64,000 nt of DNA from Sedimentisphaerales bacterium (GTDB lineage: Bacteria > Planctomycetota > Phycisphaerae > Sedimentisphaerales > Anaerobacaceae). Position 1 is the stretch's first letter; every line of letters starts with the position of its first letter. Both the position numbers and the translations under genes were made by a program. Of this stretch, positions 63,679 to 64,000 are shown piece after piece. The notes beneath the pieces were generated by a model. It searched no databases, was not told the origin of the DNA, and saw nothing but the letters and a program-made list of their open reading frames with translations. The stretch spans positions 384,001 through 448,000 of the forward strand of contig JAXGYC010000009.1 in assembly GCA_040772485.1 (NCBI GenBank). Reading direction: 5' to 3'.

Positions 63679-64000
63679 ATGAAGAAGACGGGAAAGAACT
63701 ACAAAGCATCATCGATCGGGGACGTCCAGACGCTTGGACGCATAACCCTCAAGGCCGAGCTTGCGCTGACCGGCTCGGAGATATCCATCAACGAATTGCC
63801 GGCAGGAGTCAGCGTCCCGTTCGTCCACAGTCACAAGCGGAACGAAGAGGTCTATATCATCCTAAAAGGGAAGGGGCAGTTTTACGTCGATGGCGACGAA
63901 TTTGAAGTCGAGGAGGGCAGCGTCCTTCGTGTCGACCCTGCCGGGGCACGGTGCCTGAGAGCCGGCGGCCAGACTCCGATTCGATACATCTGCATTCAAA
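63679..64000 (+). CDS. Cupin domain protein, 3'-truncated (absent from the ORF track)
   Basis: AGGAGG SD; PFVHSHKRNEEVYIILKGKG cupin motif. Confidence 0.88.
   Translation, partial: MKKTGKNYKASSIGDVQTLGRITLKAELALTGSEISINELPAGVSVPFVHSHKRNEEVYIILKGKGQFYVDGDEFEVEEGSVLRVDPAGARCLRAGGQTPIRYICIQ

Overview
GC-rich bacterial window; the gene content and repeat style suggest a Planctomycetota/Phycisphaerae-like organism (inference only). (1) 1-24164: a co-oriented array of nine ~810-835 aa duplicated MacB/FtsX-type (ADOP-like) ABC permeases with one ATPase gene and a terminal TolC. Seven permease-permease junctions carry copies of a 99-122 bp palindromic, 7-bp-periodic element that ends at the next gene's Shine-Dalgarno. 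(2) 24-33 kb: a lone secretin, a Tat-exported fucose-isomerase-like protein, a NarL-type regulator, and a MASE3/PAS kinase split by an IS3-family element whose inverted repeats appear subterminal. (3) 33-47.6 kb: an eight-gene MoxR/DUF58/VWA/DUF4159/TPR-peptidase operon. (4) 48-64 kb: a lamin-tail/CotH protein, GATase, Bcr/CflA MFS, TetR-RND-TolC efflux operon, galM, MarR and a cupin. Several unrelated palindromic repeat families occur throughout, many inside coding sequences without breaking the frame. All family calls come from motif recognition by eye; no searches were run.
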